Below, piece after piece: positions 20,543 to 29,718 of a stretch of 64,000 nucleotides of DNA. This DNA is from Fidelibacterota bacterium (GTDB lineage: Bacteria > Fidelibacterota > Marinisomatia > Marinisomatales > Marinisomataceae): positions 256,001-320,000 of the forward strand of contig OZ243041.1 of NCBI GenBank assembly GCA_965212055.1, read 5' to 3'. Numbering within the stretch: position 1 is the first letter of the stretch; every line of letters begins with the position of its first letter. The position numbers were made by a program, and so were the translations under genes. Below the pieces are notes generated by a model. The model searched no databases and was not told where the DNA came from. It worked only from the letters and a program-made list of their open reading frames with translations.

Positions 20543-21478
20543 ATGAAAAAAAAGCTTTTTTTTCAATCTGCAGTTACTGCGACTATCTTATCATATTTAC
20601 TAATTTTTATAGGAGGGTTGGTACGTGTATCTGGTGCTGGAATGGGATGCGAAGATTGGCCTAAATGTTTTCCTGATCGATGGTTTCCTCCATTGAGCTC
20701 TGATCAGATTCCAATTGGTGTTGATCATTTTAATCTTACGTTAGCATGGATTGAATATGGAAATCGTTTATTTGGAGTATTAGTTGGAATTTCAATTATT
20801 GTACTTACTGTCTTAGCAATTTACTACTACAAAACTAACTATAATAATTTTAGAAGCCATCCTAGTTTGTTGTTTTCTTCTGTTTTGTCATTAATCGTAG
20901 TAATTATAACCGGATTATTGGGAGCAGAATTAGTCTGGTCTGTATTAGATCCATTTATTAAAACTTTGCATATGTTATTCGCTCTTGCTCTTGTATCAAT
21001 ACTGAGTTACATATGTATTAAATCATACAAAATGATTAATGCAACACTTTTTAGAGGCTTAAAAAAGAATCCTATCCTTTCAAAAAGTTTAATTTTCCTT
21101 TGGGTACTAATTGTAATAGAAATTCTTTTAGGTACAGGCATTAGAACAAATCTTGAGCTTGTTTCTATCGAAAATCCTTCATTACCAAAGGGAGAGCAAT
21201 TAGATGCATTAAGTTCTTATAAGTATTTACATTCATTGTTGGGTTTTGGATTACTTTTTTTTAGCATTTATATCAACTATCATTTGAGAGATCATTCTTT
21301 ATTGTTAGCGAAACAGCTCGGATATTTTATTCTTGCAATGGTTGCTTTACAGATTTTTCTTGGCGAACTAATGGTTTTCTTTGATTTGCCGCAACTTACT
21401 AGATTATTTCATACTTGGGGTTCATCTTGGCTTGTTGGTGTGATAATTATATTGTATAATTGCATGAAAAATGAATGA
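20543..21478 (+). CDS. ctaA: Heme A synthase (COX15/CtaA)
   Basis: GGLVRVSGAGMGCEDWPKC, WIEYGNR and His residues in TMs (LHM, LHS, FHT). Confidence 0.87.
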   Translation: MKKKLFFQSAVTATILSYLLIFIGGLVRVSGAGMGCEDWPKCFPDRWFPPLSSDQIPIGVDHFNLTLAWIEYGNRLFGVLVGISIIVLTVLAIYYYKTNYNNFRSHPSLLFSSVLSLIVVIITGLLGAELVWSVLDPFIKTLHMLFALALVSILSYICIKSYKMINATLFRGLKKNPILSKSLIFLWVLIVIEILLGTGIRTNLELVSIENPSLPKGEQLDALSSYKYLHSLLGFGLLFFSIYINYHLRDHSLLLAKQLGYFILAMVALQIFLGELMVFFDLPQLTRLFHTWGSSWLVGVIIILYNCMKNE

Positions 21479-22064
21479 ATTAAATAAAAAATTATTTATA
21501 GCCTTTCTTATTATTTTTTCTTTAGGAATGATTGCATTGTTAGTTATAAATACAGCTACCAATTCAAAAATACAGGATTTAAGTCCAAAATATGATGTTC
21601 CCAATTTTGAGCTCACAAATTTCAATGGTGATATATTTACAGACAATGACCTTATTAATAAGATTACTATAGTTAGTTTCATATTCACTCGATGTGAGGG
21701 AGCGTGCCCTATTATGTCGAAGAACTTTCGTGATCTTCAAACAAGTTTTAAAGATTCAGATTTAGTTCAATTTGTTTCTATTACTGTTGATCCTGAATAT
21801 GATTCTGATTCAATTCTTAAATCATTTTCTAATCAATACTCCAATAATGATAACTGGTATTTTTTAAGAGGCGATATTGTAGATATTATTGAATTATCAG
21901 AACAAGGCTTCAAATTGTCAGCATCATTACTTCCCGGTGGACATTCTACACAATTTGTATTAGTAGGTCAAAAAAAACAAATTAGAAAATTTTATGAAGG
22001 CATTGTTGATGCCAATGTAATGGAGTTACAAAACGATATTGTAACACTGATTAATCAAGGCTAG
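21471..22064 (+). CDS. Second SCO1/SenC copper chaperone
   Basis: FIFTRCEGACP, SITVDPEYD, WYFLRG and HSTQFVLV motifs. Confidence 0.9.
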   Translation: MNELNKKLFIAFLIIFSLGMIALLVINTATNSKIQDLSPKYDVPNFELTNFNGDIFTDNDLINKITIVSFIFTRCEGACPIMSKNFRDLQTSFKDSDLVQFVSITVDPEYDSDSILKSFSNQYSNNDNWYFLRGDIVDIIELSEQGFKLSASLLPGGHSTQFVLVGQKKQIRKFYEGIVDANVMELQNDIVTLINQG

Positions 22065-22070
22065 TTATAT

Positions 22071-22922
22071 ATGATCACAAATCTGATAGAATTGACAAAA
22101 CTACGTATTGCATTCCTTGTCTTAACCACCACTGTGATTGGATTTTATCTTGGACAGGAGGGGATTAAATCGCCGGAGCTATTACTGTATACTCTTCTTG
22201 GTACTTTATTGTGTTCTGCTGGTTCATCAGTATTGAATAATGTTATTGAAGTCGAAACTGATGCAAAAATGAACAGAACCAAAGATAGAGTATTACCAAC
22301 AAAGAAAATATCTCTTTTTACTGCTTCTTTTCTTGGTACATTATTTATTGTTTTTGGTTTAGCTATATTATTTGAGAAAGTAAATACTTTGACCAGCATT
22401 TTAGCATTTTGTACTGTTGTTTCATATCTTGTGTTATATACTCCCTTAAAAAAAGTATCTTGGATTAATACTTCTGTAGGAGCTATTCCTGGAGCATTAC
22501 CTCCATTGGGTGGATGGACAGCGGCAACCGGTAGCCTTGATCCGGGTGGATGGATTCTATTTTTTATATTATTTTTTTGGCAACACCCTCATTTTTACTC
22601 AATTGCATTTATACACAAAGAAGATTATGCAAGAGCAGGTTTAAAAATGTTACCTGTTATTGATAATGGAAATAAAAAAACGGTATTACATATTTTCCTT
22701 CATGCATTAGTCTTAATACCAATTTCAACCTTACCATTTTTCTTTGAGATTTCAGGACGCATTTATCTTGTGGGAGCTTATTGCTTAAGCAATATTTATA
22801 TGTTATGTTGTTTGCCTTTTATAATTGAACAGACAGAAAGAAACGCAAAATTAATTTTTAGAACTTCTTTATACTATTTTGTGCTATTGTTTTTTATAAT
22901 ACTTGCTGATGTAAGATTTTAA
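22071..22922 (+). CDS. ctaB: Protoheme IX farnesyltransferase (heme O synthase)
   Basis: LTKLRI, DAKMNRTKDR, YTPLKK, GAIPGALPPLGGW, FWQHPHF and DYARAG motifs. Confidence 0.95.
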   Translation: MITNLIELTKLRIAFLVLTTTVIGFYLGQEGIKSPELLLYTLLGTLLCSAGSSVLNNVIEVETDAKMNRTKDRVLPTKKISLFTASFLGTLFIVFGLAILFEKVNTLTSILAFCTVVSYLVLYTPLKKVSWINTSVGAIPGALPPLGGWTAATGSLDPGGWILFFILFFWQHPHFYSIAFIHKEDYARAGLKMLPVIDNGNKKTVLHIFLHALVLIPISTLPFFFEISGRIYLVGAYCLSNIYMLCCLPFIIEQTERNAKLIFRTSLYYFVLLFFIILADVRF

Positions 22923-23353
22923 GAGTCAAGTTTTTCAATTCTTTTTTGGTGTCTTCCACCTTCAAAATTAGTATTAAGCCATACTTTGATTAATTCTATA
23001 GCACGGTTCGGCTGTATAAATCTAGACCCAAATGATAATATATTAGCATTGTTATGTTGTCTGGATAGGGCAATAATTTCATCTGGTCCATCATAGAATA
23101 CTGCTGCTCTTACATTTTTATATCTATTTGCAGCCATTGCTTCTCCTTGCCCAGATCCTCCAAAAATAATCCCCATTGCGTCATTTTCAGAAACAAACTG
23201 AGCTGTAGGGTTTATAAAATCAGGATAATTATCAGTAGATTCGTATTCATAAGCACCAAAATCTTTTACTTCATAGCCACTATCTTCTAGAAATTTTTTT
23301 ACAGTTTCTTTTAATTCAAAGCCTGCATGGTCTGTTCCTAATGCGATAATCAT
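22919..23353 (-). CDS. rpiB: Ribose-5-phosphate isomerase B
   Basis: GTDHAGFELK, GGSGQGE (Glu-type active site), SRQHNNAN and FEGGRHQKR. Confidence 0.93.
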   Translation of the reverse strand: MIIALGTDHAGFELKETVKKFLEDSGYEVKDFGAYEYESTDNYPDFINPTAQFVSENDAMGIIFGGSGQGEAMAANRYKNVRAAVFYDGPDEIIALSRQHNNANILSFGSRFIQPNRAIELIKVWLNTNFEGGRHQKRIEKLDS

Positions 23354-25302
23354 TTTAGATAATCCTCAATTTTTTTTGTAATAACTTCTTTCGTAAAATT
23401 TAATTTTTCTGCTACATCTTTTCCTGGTGCAGAGAATCCAAATTCGTTGATTCCAATTTTTAATCCATCTTTTCCTACAAATTTTTCCCAACCTAGTACA
23501 GTGCCAGCTTCTATAGATATTCTCTTCTTACAATTATGTGTAAGAATTTCGTCTTTGTAATGATCGGATTGTTGATCAAATATCTCCCAACAAGGCATAT
23601 TAACAACTTTAATATTTTGATTTAAAGATTCTACAGCTGATAATGTTAGACTTAATTCAGAACCTGTTGTAAATACAATAGCATCTGGATTATCATGGTT
23701 TACTACTATATAGGCACCTTTTTTCACTCCGTCTTTAATAATATTTTTATCCAGTTTTGTTAAAGGCAATTTTTGTCTTGTTAATAAAATGGTGCTAGGA
23801 TTTGTGTTATTTTCTAAAATGGTTTCAAAACAAAATTGAGTTTCAACAGCATCAGCAGGTCGGAATACCATTAGATCTGGTATTGATCGTAATGACATGA
23901 TATGTTCTACTGGTTGATGGGTAGGACCATCTTCTCCTACAAAGATTGAATCGTGTGTGAATTCATATATAACATGCAATTTTTGGATTGCTGATAGACG
24001 TATTGCTGATCGCATATAATCACTAAATACTAAGAACGTTCCACCAAAAGGAATTAACCCACCATAGAGGCTAATGCCATTAAGGATTGCAGCCATTGGG
24101 AATTCTCTTACGCCAAATGCAATATTTCTTCCCTTAGGATTTGATGCGGAAAAATCTCCATATTCATTCGCAAAATTTGTTGTACAATTTGATCCATCTA
24201 AATCAGCAGAACCACCCACAATCATTGGAATATGTTTTGCGAGTTCGTCTAATGTCATTCCAAACGCTTTTCTTGTAGCTATAATCTCATCATTGAACTC
24301 AATATCAGATATCTTTTTGAGTGCATCATCTATATTAAAATCGAAATTATATTTACTGGAAGAATTGGTTGCTTCAATTTTTTTGGAAAAGTTTCTTTGA
24401 AAATGTTTTTTTACAACATCAGGGCAATAAAATTCCTCGTTTTCAGGCAGTCCTAATTTCTTTTTTGTCATAACAATCTCTTCTGGAGTAAATGGAGCAC
24501 CATGTGCTTCACTTTTATTTTCCATAGAATGACTTCCCTTTGCCATTGTTGTATTTCCTATAATAATACTTGGTTTTGATGTTTGCTGTGCATTTGTGAT
24601 AGCATCTCTTATTTCACCATGATTATGTCCATCTATTTCTTGTACATCCCAATTCATAGATTCAAATAATTGGGCATAATTTGTTGAGTCGCATCGATTG
24701 GTTTCACCTGCAATTTGGATATCATTTTTATCATAGAACATAATTAATTGAGATAATTGCCAATGACCTGCTAAAGACGCAGCCCCTAATGCTATTGGTT
24801 CTTGTACATCTCCATCTCCTGCAAGAATATAAGTGTATTGTGATCTATCATTTTTAATTGAATCTTGTAACATTTTTTCTGCTAAAGCCATACCAATTCC
24901 CATTCCTACACCTTGTCCTAGAGGTCCAGCATTTGAATCGACCCCAGGAGTTTCAATTTCTGGATGTCCGGGAGTTCTACTGTTTATTTGTCGGAAACTT
25001 TTTAAATCTTCCATATTTAATATATCAGACAAATAAAGTAAGGTATATAACAACATACATGTGTGTCCAACCGACAATACAAGCCTATCTCTTAATTGCC
25101 AATCAGGGTTCTTAGAATCAAAAACTAGGAATTCAGAATAGAGTATATAAGAAAAATCAGCAAGCGACATCGGTCCACCAGGATGGCCTGAATTTGCTTT
25201 TCGTACCCCATCCATTACAAGTCCTTTAATTATATTAATAGTAAAGAGATCTTGTTCTTCGTTTTTCCAATCATTGAAGCTATCTATAGATTGATAATTC
25301 AT
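23350..25302 (-). CDS. tkt: Transketolase
   Basis: SGHPGG, TPGHPE, GPLGQG, GDGD, FGVREF and THDSIFVGEDGPTHQPVE motifs. Confidence 0.96.
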   Translation of the reverse strand: MNYQSIDSFNDWKNEEQDLFTINIIKGLVMDGVRKANSGHPGGPMSLADFSYILYSEFLVFDSKNPDWQLRDRLVLSVGHTCMLLYTLLYLSDILNMEDLKSFRQINSRTPGHPEIETPGVDSNAGPLGQGVGMGIGMALAEKMLQDSIKNDRSQYTYILAGDGDVQEPIALGAASLAGHWQLSQLIMFYDKNDIQIAGETNRCDSTNYAQLFESMNWDVQEIDGHNHGEIRDAITNAQQTSKPSIIIGNTTMAKGSHSMENKSEAHGAPFTPEEIVMTKKKLGLPENEEFYCPDVVKKHFQRNFSKKIEATNSSSKYNFDFNIDDALKKISDIEFNDEIIATRKAFGMTLDELAKHIPMIVGGSADLDGSNCTTNFANEYGDFSASNPKGRNIAFGVREFPMAAILNGISLYGGLIPFGGTFLVFSDYMRSAIRLSAIQKLHVIYEFTHDSIFVGEDGPTHQPVEHIMSLRSIPDLMVFRPADAVETQFCFETILENNTNPSTILLTRQKLPLTKLDKNIIKDGVKKGAYIVVNHDNPDAIVFTTGSELSLTLSAVESLNQNIKVVNMPCWEIFDQQSDHYKDEILTHNCKKRISIEAGTVLGWEKFVGKDGLKIGINEFGFSAPGKDVAEKLNFTKEVITKKIEDYLK

Positions 25303-25988
25303 ACTTGACTCATTTTATTGATTATTTCCGTTGGATTTTCTGATTGAAATACTTCAGATCCTGCAACTAGTATATTTGCTCCTGCATCAACGACATCTTT
25401 AGCATTATGTAATTTTACTCCACCATCACATTGTATGGATACTTTATCTGTTAAATTTTTTTCATCAATAAATGAACGAATTTCCTTAATCTTATCTATT
25501 GATTCTGGTATAAATTTTTGTCCAGCAAATCCTGGTTCTACAGACATTACTACTACATAATCAATAAGGTCCATATATTTTTTAATAATCGTAAAAGGAG
25601 TTTTAGGTTTAATAGCAATCCCGCATAGTAAATTAGCGCGTTTAATTTTGTTTATTATAAGTTTTGGAGGGAATGTAAATCGTGACTCTGAGGCTTCAAT
25701 ATGGAATGATATTCCATCAGCACCTGCATTAATAAATGAATCAATCATTTCAAATGGATTACTAACCATCAAATGAACATCAAAAAATAATTTTGAATGT
25801 TTTCTAATGTTTTTAACAATCCCAGGACCAAAAGATAGGTTTGGAACAAATTGTTGATCCATAATATCAAGATGGAGCCATGTTGCACTAGAATTATTAC
25901 AATAACCTAATGCTTTTTCTAGATTAGAAAAATCTGCTGCAAGCAATGAGGGTGCAACTACAATTTTTGGCTTATTTTCCGTCCCCAT
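25299..25988 (-). CDS. rpe: Ribulose-phosphate 3-epimerase
   Basis: APSLLAADF, HLDIMD..FVPN, DVHLM, MSVEPGFAGQ, DGG and VAGS motifs. Confidence 0.95.
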   Translation of the reverse strand: MGTENKPKIVVAPSLLAADFSNLEKALGYCNNSSATWLHLDIMDQQFVPNLSFGPGIVKNIRKHSKLFFDVHLMVSNPFEMIDSFINAGADGISFHIEASESRFTFPPKLIINKIKRANLLCGIAIKPKTPFTIIKKYMDLIDYVVVMSVEPGFAGQKFIPESIDKIKEIRSFIDEKNLTDKVSIQCDGGVKLHNAKDVVDAGANILVAGSEVFQSENPTEIINKMSQV

Positions 25989-26036
25989 AGACTAAATACA
26001 TATTACAACTTAATTTTTTCCAAAAAAAAGGAATTG

Positions 26037-26065
26037 TTGAAATAAAGTGTAGGTTTTTTTACTTT
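26037..26065 (+). promoter_or_regulatory. Sigma70-type promoter of the tetR-fad operon
   Basis: TTGAAA (26037-26042), 17-bp spacer, TACTTT (26060-26065). Confidence 0.55.
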
Positions 26066-26085
26066 TAGACCGACTGGTCGGTTTA
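26066..26085. promoter_or_regulatory. TetR-type operator palindrome
   Basis: TAGACCGAC-TG-GTCGGTTTA, a GC-rich inverted repeat in an AT-rich spacer, between the -10 box and the tetR ATG. Confidence 0.75.
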
Positions 26086-26684
26086 TGGATAAAAGTATAA
26101 AAGATCAAAAAAAAGAACAGATTTTAGCATCTGCCCTCACTGTAATGACTAACAAAGGTTATTTTGGGAGTACTATGGATGATATTGTAGAAGAATCTCA
26201 GATGAGTAAAGGAGCTATTTACCACTACTTCAAATCTAAGAAAGAAGTGTATTTAGCGGTAATTGACTATTGGGAAAAAAAGTATACAGCTATTCTTGGT
26301 GAAGAGGTGAATCAACAAAAAAGTTCATTAGGTGCATTAAAAAAATTATTCCAAACATTTGCGAAACAATTGGAAAAAGATCCAACCCCTTTTCAATGTT
26401 TATCAACTTTTTGGTCTATTTCTCGTCATGATGAAGATTTTAGAAAATCAATGCAAAAAGTCTACAATCGTTTCCAAAAGTTTGTTGAATTAATTATAGT
26501 TAAAGGTATTGAAAATAAAGAATTCAAAAAAATTAATCCAAAAATTGCTTCCTTATCATTAATCTTGAATATTGAGGGAATTTTCTGGTTTACTCTGTAT
26601 GATACAAAATCTGTAAAAGCTTCAAGTTATATGAATACAATTTCAGATTCTATTTTGAATGCATACACAATAGATAAGGGATAA
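26085..26684 (+). CDS. TetR/AcrR-family transcriptional regulator
   Basis: N-terminal HTH: ILASAL..KGYFGSTMDDIV..MSKGAIYHYFKSKKEV. Confidence 0.93.
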   Translation: MDKSIKDQKKEQILASALTVMTNKGYFGSTMDDIVEESQMSKGAIYHYFKSKKEVYLAVIDYWEKKYTAILGEEVNQQKSSLGALKKLFQTFAKQLEKDPTPFQCLSTFWSISRHDEDFRKSMQKVYNRFQKFVELIIVKGIENKEFKKINPKIASLSLILNIEGIFWFTLYDTKSVKASSYMNTISDSILNAYTIDKG

Positions 26685-26688
26685 TAAT

Positions 26689-28566
26689 ATGTCAGAACAA
26701 GAAAATACAACAACAGTAAGTGATAATAAAACCACAGACAATCCAAAAGATAAAACAAATGGATTAGCAAACGGCGGGATGCCTAATCTTAATATGATTA
26801 AATCTGGCGGTAGATTTTTAACCACAAGAGTGGGTGAGAATAAGATTTTTTGTAAAGAATTATTTTCAGATGATGAAAAAGCTATTTATGAATTAATGTC
26901 AGATTTTGCTGAAAATGAATTATTACCAATAGCTCATGATAAACTAGAAGAAAAAAATGAAGAACTAGTTCGTACACTTTTAAAGAAAATGGGTGAATTA
27001 GGATTATTGGGAGTGGATGTTCCTGAGAAATATGGTGGTTCTGCTATGAGTAAAACAGGAATGTGTATTCTAGCTGAGGGAATTGCTAAAGGCGGTAACT
27101 CATCTTTTGCTACTGTTTGGAGTGTTCACACTTCTATTGGAAGTTTAGGAATTATTTGGTATGGAAATGATGCACAAAAAGAAAAGTGGCTTCCTGGAAT
27201 TTGTACTGGAGAAAAAATGACTGCATTTGGATTAACTGAACCTGAAGCTGGATCTGATGCTACTAATTCAAAAACTACAGGTGTATTATCTGATGATGGT
27301 AAACACTATATAGTGAATGGTCAGAAAATTTTTATTTCTAATGGAGCATGGGCAGATGTATTTACGATTGCACTCAAGATTGATGGAAAATTTTCATCTA
27401 TCGTTATTGAAAAAGGTACTCCTGGATTTGAGATTGGTGCAGAAGAAAAGAAAATGGGGATGCATGGATCTTCTACAGTACCATTGTACTTCAAAGATTG
27501 TAAAGTTCCCGTTGAAAATCTACTTGGTGATGTTGGTGAAGGCGCAGGTCCAGCATTTTGTGGATTAAATATTGGAAGATTTAAACTCGGAGCATCTGCT
27601 ATTGGTGGTCAAATGCTTGGAATCCAAGAAGCAGCAAAATATGCTAAAGAACGAAAAGCTTTTGGCCAGAGTATTGCAAATTTTGGTTCTATAAAAGAAA
27701 AACTTGGTGATTGCGTAGTAAGAGTATATACCTTGGATAGTATGTGTTATAATACTATTGGACAACAAGAGGATGCAATTAGTGAGTTAGATGAAAATGA
27801 TCCTGAATATTATGCTAAACAGGGGGATACCACTGAGAGATTTATTGCTGAAAATTCTATTGTCAAAATATATGGTAGTGAGGGAAGTAGAGAAGTTGTA
27901 GATCATTGCTTACAGATTTTTGGTGGATACGGTTTCATCGAAGAATATCCTATGGCACGTGCATATCGTGATGAACGTATTAATCGCATTTGGGAAGGAA
28001 CAAACGAAATTAATAGAATGCTTTGTGGCAGAGATATAATTACAAAAACTCTTACTGGAGAACTAGGTTTTAGAGAATATCTTGCCCATGTAAATGATTA
28101 TTGTTCCAATGATGTTGATAGTGGGTATGTTGGAGATTATAAAGCAGAAGTAGAGTGTGTTGAAGCATCAAAAGCTATTTACGCATTGGCACTAAATGAG
28201 GCTCTTAGCAAATATGGTCAGGATATCGGTATTGAACAAGTCTTAATGGAAAAACTTGCCGATATTTTAATATTTTCTTATGTAGCGGATAGTACATTAA
28301 GTAGGGTACTTCAGAATAGCTATAAAGTTGATGAATTACCCGGTCTTTGTGTACAAGCATATGTTGCTGAAAACGGTATGAAAGTTATGGGATATGCTCA
28401 AAAAATATTTAATAGTATTTTTGATAGTAATATTCCAAACGATATTCAAGATAAACTTGATAAATTAGGTAAAAGATTAATCATGAATACCGATACTATT
28501 AAAATGAAGAAAATTATTGGAGAAAAAACTGTAGAAGTAGGCGGTTATCCGATTAAAAATTTTTAA
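26689..28566 (+). CDS. fadE: Acyl-CoA dehydrogenase (Bacillus FadE-like long form)
   Basis: FGLTEPEAGSDA, NGQKIFISNG, EEKKMG, LNIGRFKL, QIFGGYGF and RINRIWEGTNEINR motifs. Confidence 0.92.
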   Translation: MSEQENTTTVSDNKTTDNPKDKTNGLANGGMPNLNMIKSGGRFLTTRVGENKIFCKELFSDDEKAIYELMSDFAENELLPIAHDKLEEKNEELVRTLLKKMGELGLLGVDVPEKYGGSAMSKTGMCILAEGIAKGGNSSFATVWSVHTSIGSLGIIWYGNDAQKEKWLPGICTGEKMTAFGLTEPEAGSDATNSKTTGVLSDDGKHYIVNGQKIFISNGAWADVFTIALKIDGKFSSIVIEKGTPGFEIGAEEKKMGMHGSSTVPLYFKDCKVPVENLLGDVGEGAGPAFCGLNIGRFKLGASAIGGQMLGIQEAAKYAKERKAFGQSIANFGSIKEKLGDCVVRVYTLDSMCYNTIGQQEDAISELDENDPEYYAKQGDTTERFIAENSIVKIYGSEGSREVVDHCLQIFGGYGFIEEYPMARAYRDERINRIWEGTNEINRMLCGRDIITKTLTGELGFREYLAHVNDYCSNDVDSGYVGDYKAEVECVEASKAIYALALNEALSKYGQDIGIEQVLMEKLADILIFSYVADSTLSRVLQNSYKVDELPGLCVQAYVAENGMKVMGYAQKIFNSIFDSNIPNDIQDKLDKLGKRLIMNTDTIKMKKIIGEKTVEVGGYPIKNF

Positions 28567-28581
28567 AAAGGAGTTTAGAAA

Positions 28582-29712
28582 ATGAATAAAGCTGTTATTG
28601 TTGATGGTGTTAGATCACCTATAGGGACCAAGGGAAGTGCATTAATTGGTACTAGACCTGATGAGATTGCTGCTCAGGTTATTAAAGGATTGTTAAATCG
28701 TAATGAAAATTTAGATGTTAATGCTATTGAAGATGTATCATTGGGATGTGCTTTCCCTGAAGGGCCTACTGGTATGTTGGTTGCTAGAGGTGCTTCAATT
28801 TTAGCTGGTATCCCAGATACTGCCGCTGCAAATGTTATTAACAGGTATTGTGGTTCAGCAATGACTTCATTGCATCTGATAAGTAGTGCTATCGAAGCTG
28901 GTGATATTCAAGTGGGTATTGCTGGCGGTGTTGAAGATATGTTTACAATTCCTCAAGGTGGTTTTGCTCCTGATTTTAATGTCAAACTTGCTGAAGATGA
29001 TTATTATATATCAATGGGAGAAGGCGCTGAATTGCTTGCTAGTGAGTTAAATATTTCTAGAGAAGAACAAGAAGAATTTGCTATCAATTCGCATAAAAAA
29101 GCATTGGCTGCTCAGGAAGCTGGCAAATTTGATAATGAAATTATTCCAATTGACTTAGAAGATGGTTCAAAGTTTGAAAAAGATAATGGACCAAAAACTC
29201 CTGATGTTGAGAAAATTAAATCTTTACGACCAGCATTCAGGGAAGATGGTACTGTTACAGCCGCTACAAGTAGTCCATTTTCAATTGGTGCATCTGCTAT
29301 GCTTCTAACGAGTGAAGAATATGCAAAGAATAATGGATTACAAATTAGAGCTTCTATTGAAGGTAGAGCAGTTGCGGGAGTTAACTGGAGAATGTTTGGA
29401 TCAGGTCCAGTACCAGCTACAGCTAAAGCTTTAAAAAATACCGGCTTAACTATGGATGATATTGATACAATGGAAATTAATGAAGCTTTCGCTGCTCAAT
29501 CTCTGTATTGTATAAAAAAAGCAGATTGGGATATAAATAAAGTAAATCTAAATGGAGGAGCGGTCGCTTTAGGTCATCCTCTTGGAATTTCCGGTACTAG
29601 AATTATTACTACGCTACTTAATGTAATGGAACAACAAGATCGATCTATGGGTCTTGCAACCATGTGCGTAGGCACTGGTCAAGGGATTACTACAATTATT
29701 AAAAGGGGTTAA
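28582..29712 (+). CDS. fadA: Acetyl-CoA C-acyltransferase (thiolase)
   Basis: NRYCGS, EINEAFA, GGAVALGHPLG and MCVGTGQG motifs; AGGAG RBS. Confidence 0.94.
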   Translation: MNKAVIVDGVRSPIGTKGSALIGTRPDEIAAQVIKGLLNRNENLDVNAIEDVSLGCAFPEGPTGMLVARGASILAGIPDTAAANVINRYCGSAMTSLHLISSAIEAGDIQVGIAGGVEDMFTIPQGGFAPDFNVKLAEDDYYISMGEGAELLASELNISREEQEEFAINSHKKALAAQEAGKFDNEIIPIDLEDGSKFEKDNGPKTPDVEKIKSLRPAFREDGTVTAATSSPFSIGASAMLLTSEEYAKNNGLQIRASIEGRAVAGVNWRMFGSGPVPATAKALKNTGLTMDDIDTMEINEAFAAQSLYCIKKADWDINKVNLNGGAVALGHPLGISGTRIITTLLNVMEQQDRSMGLATMCVGTGQGITTIIKRG

Positions 29713-29718
29713 TTATAT

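Noticed and set aside
1225..25988. Calvin cycle inferred from glpX, fba, tkt, rpe and rpiB
   Set aside because: No RuBisCO or phosphoribulokinase in the window; these enzymes are explained by gluconeogenesis and the non-oxidative pentose phosphate pathway.
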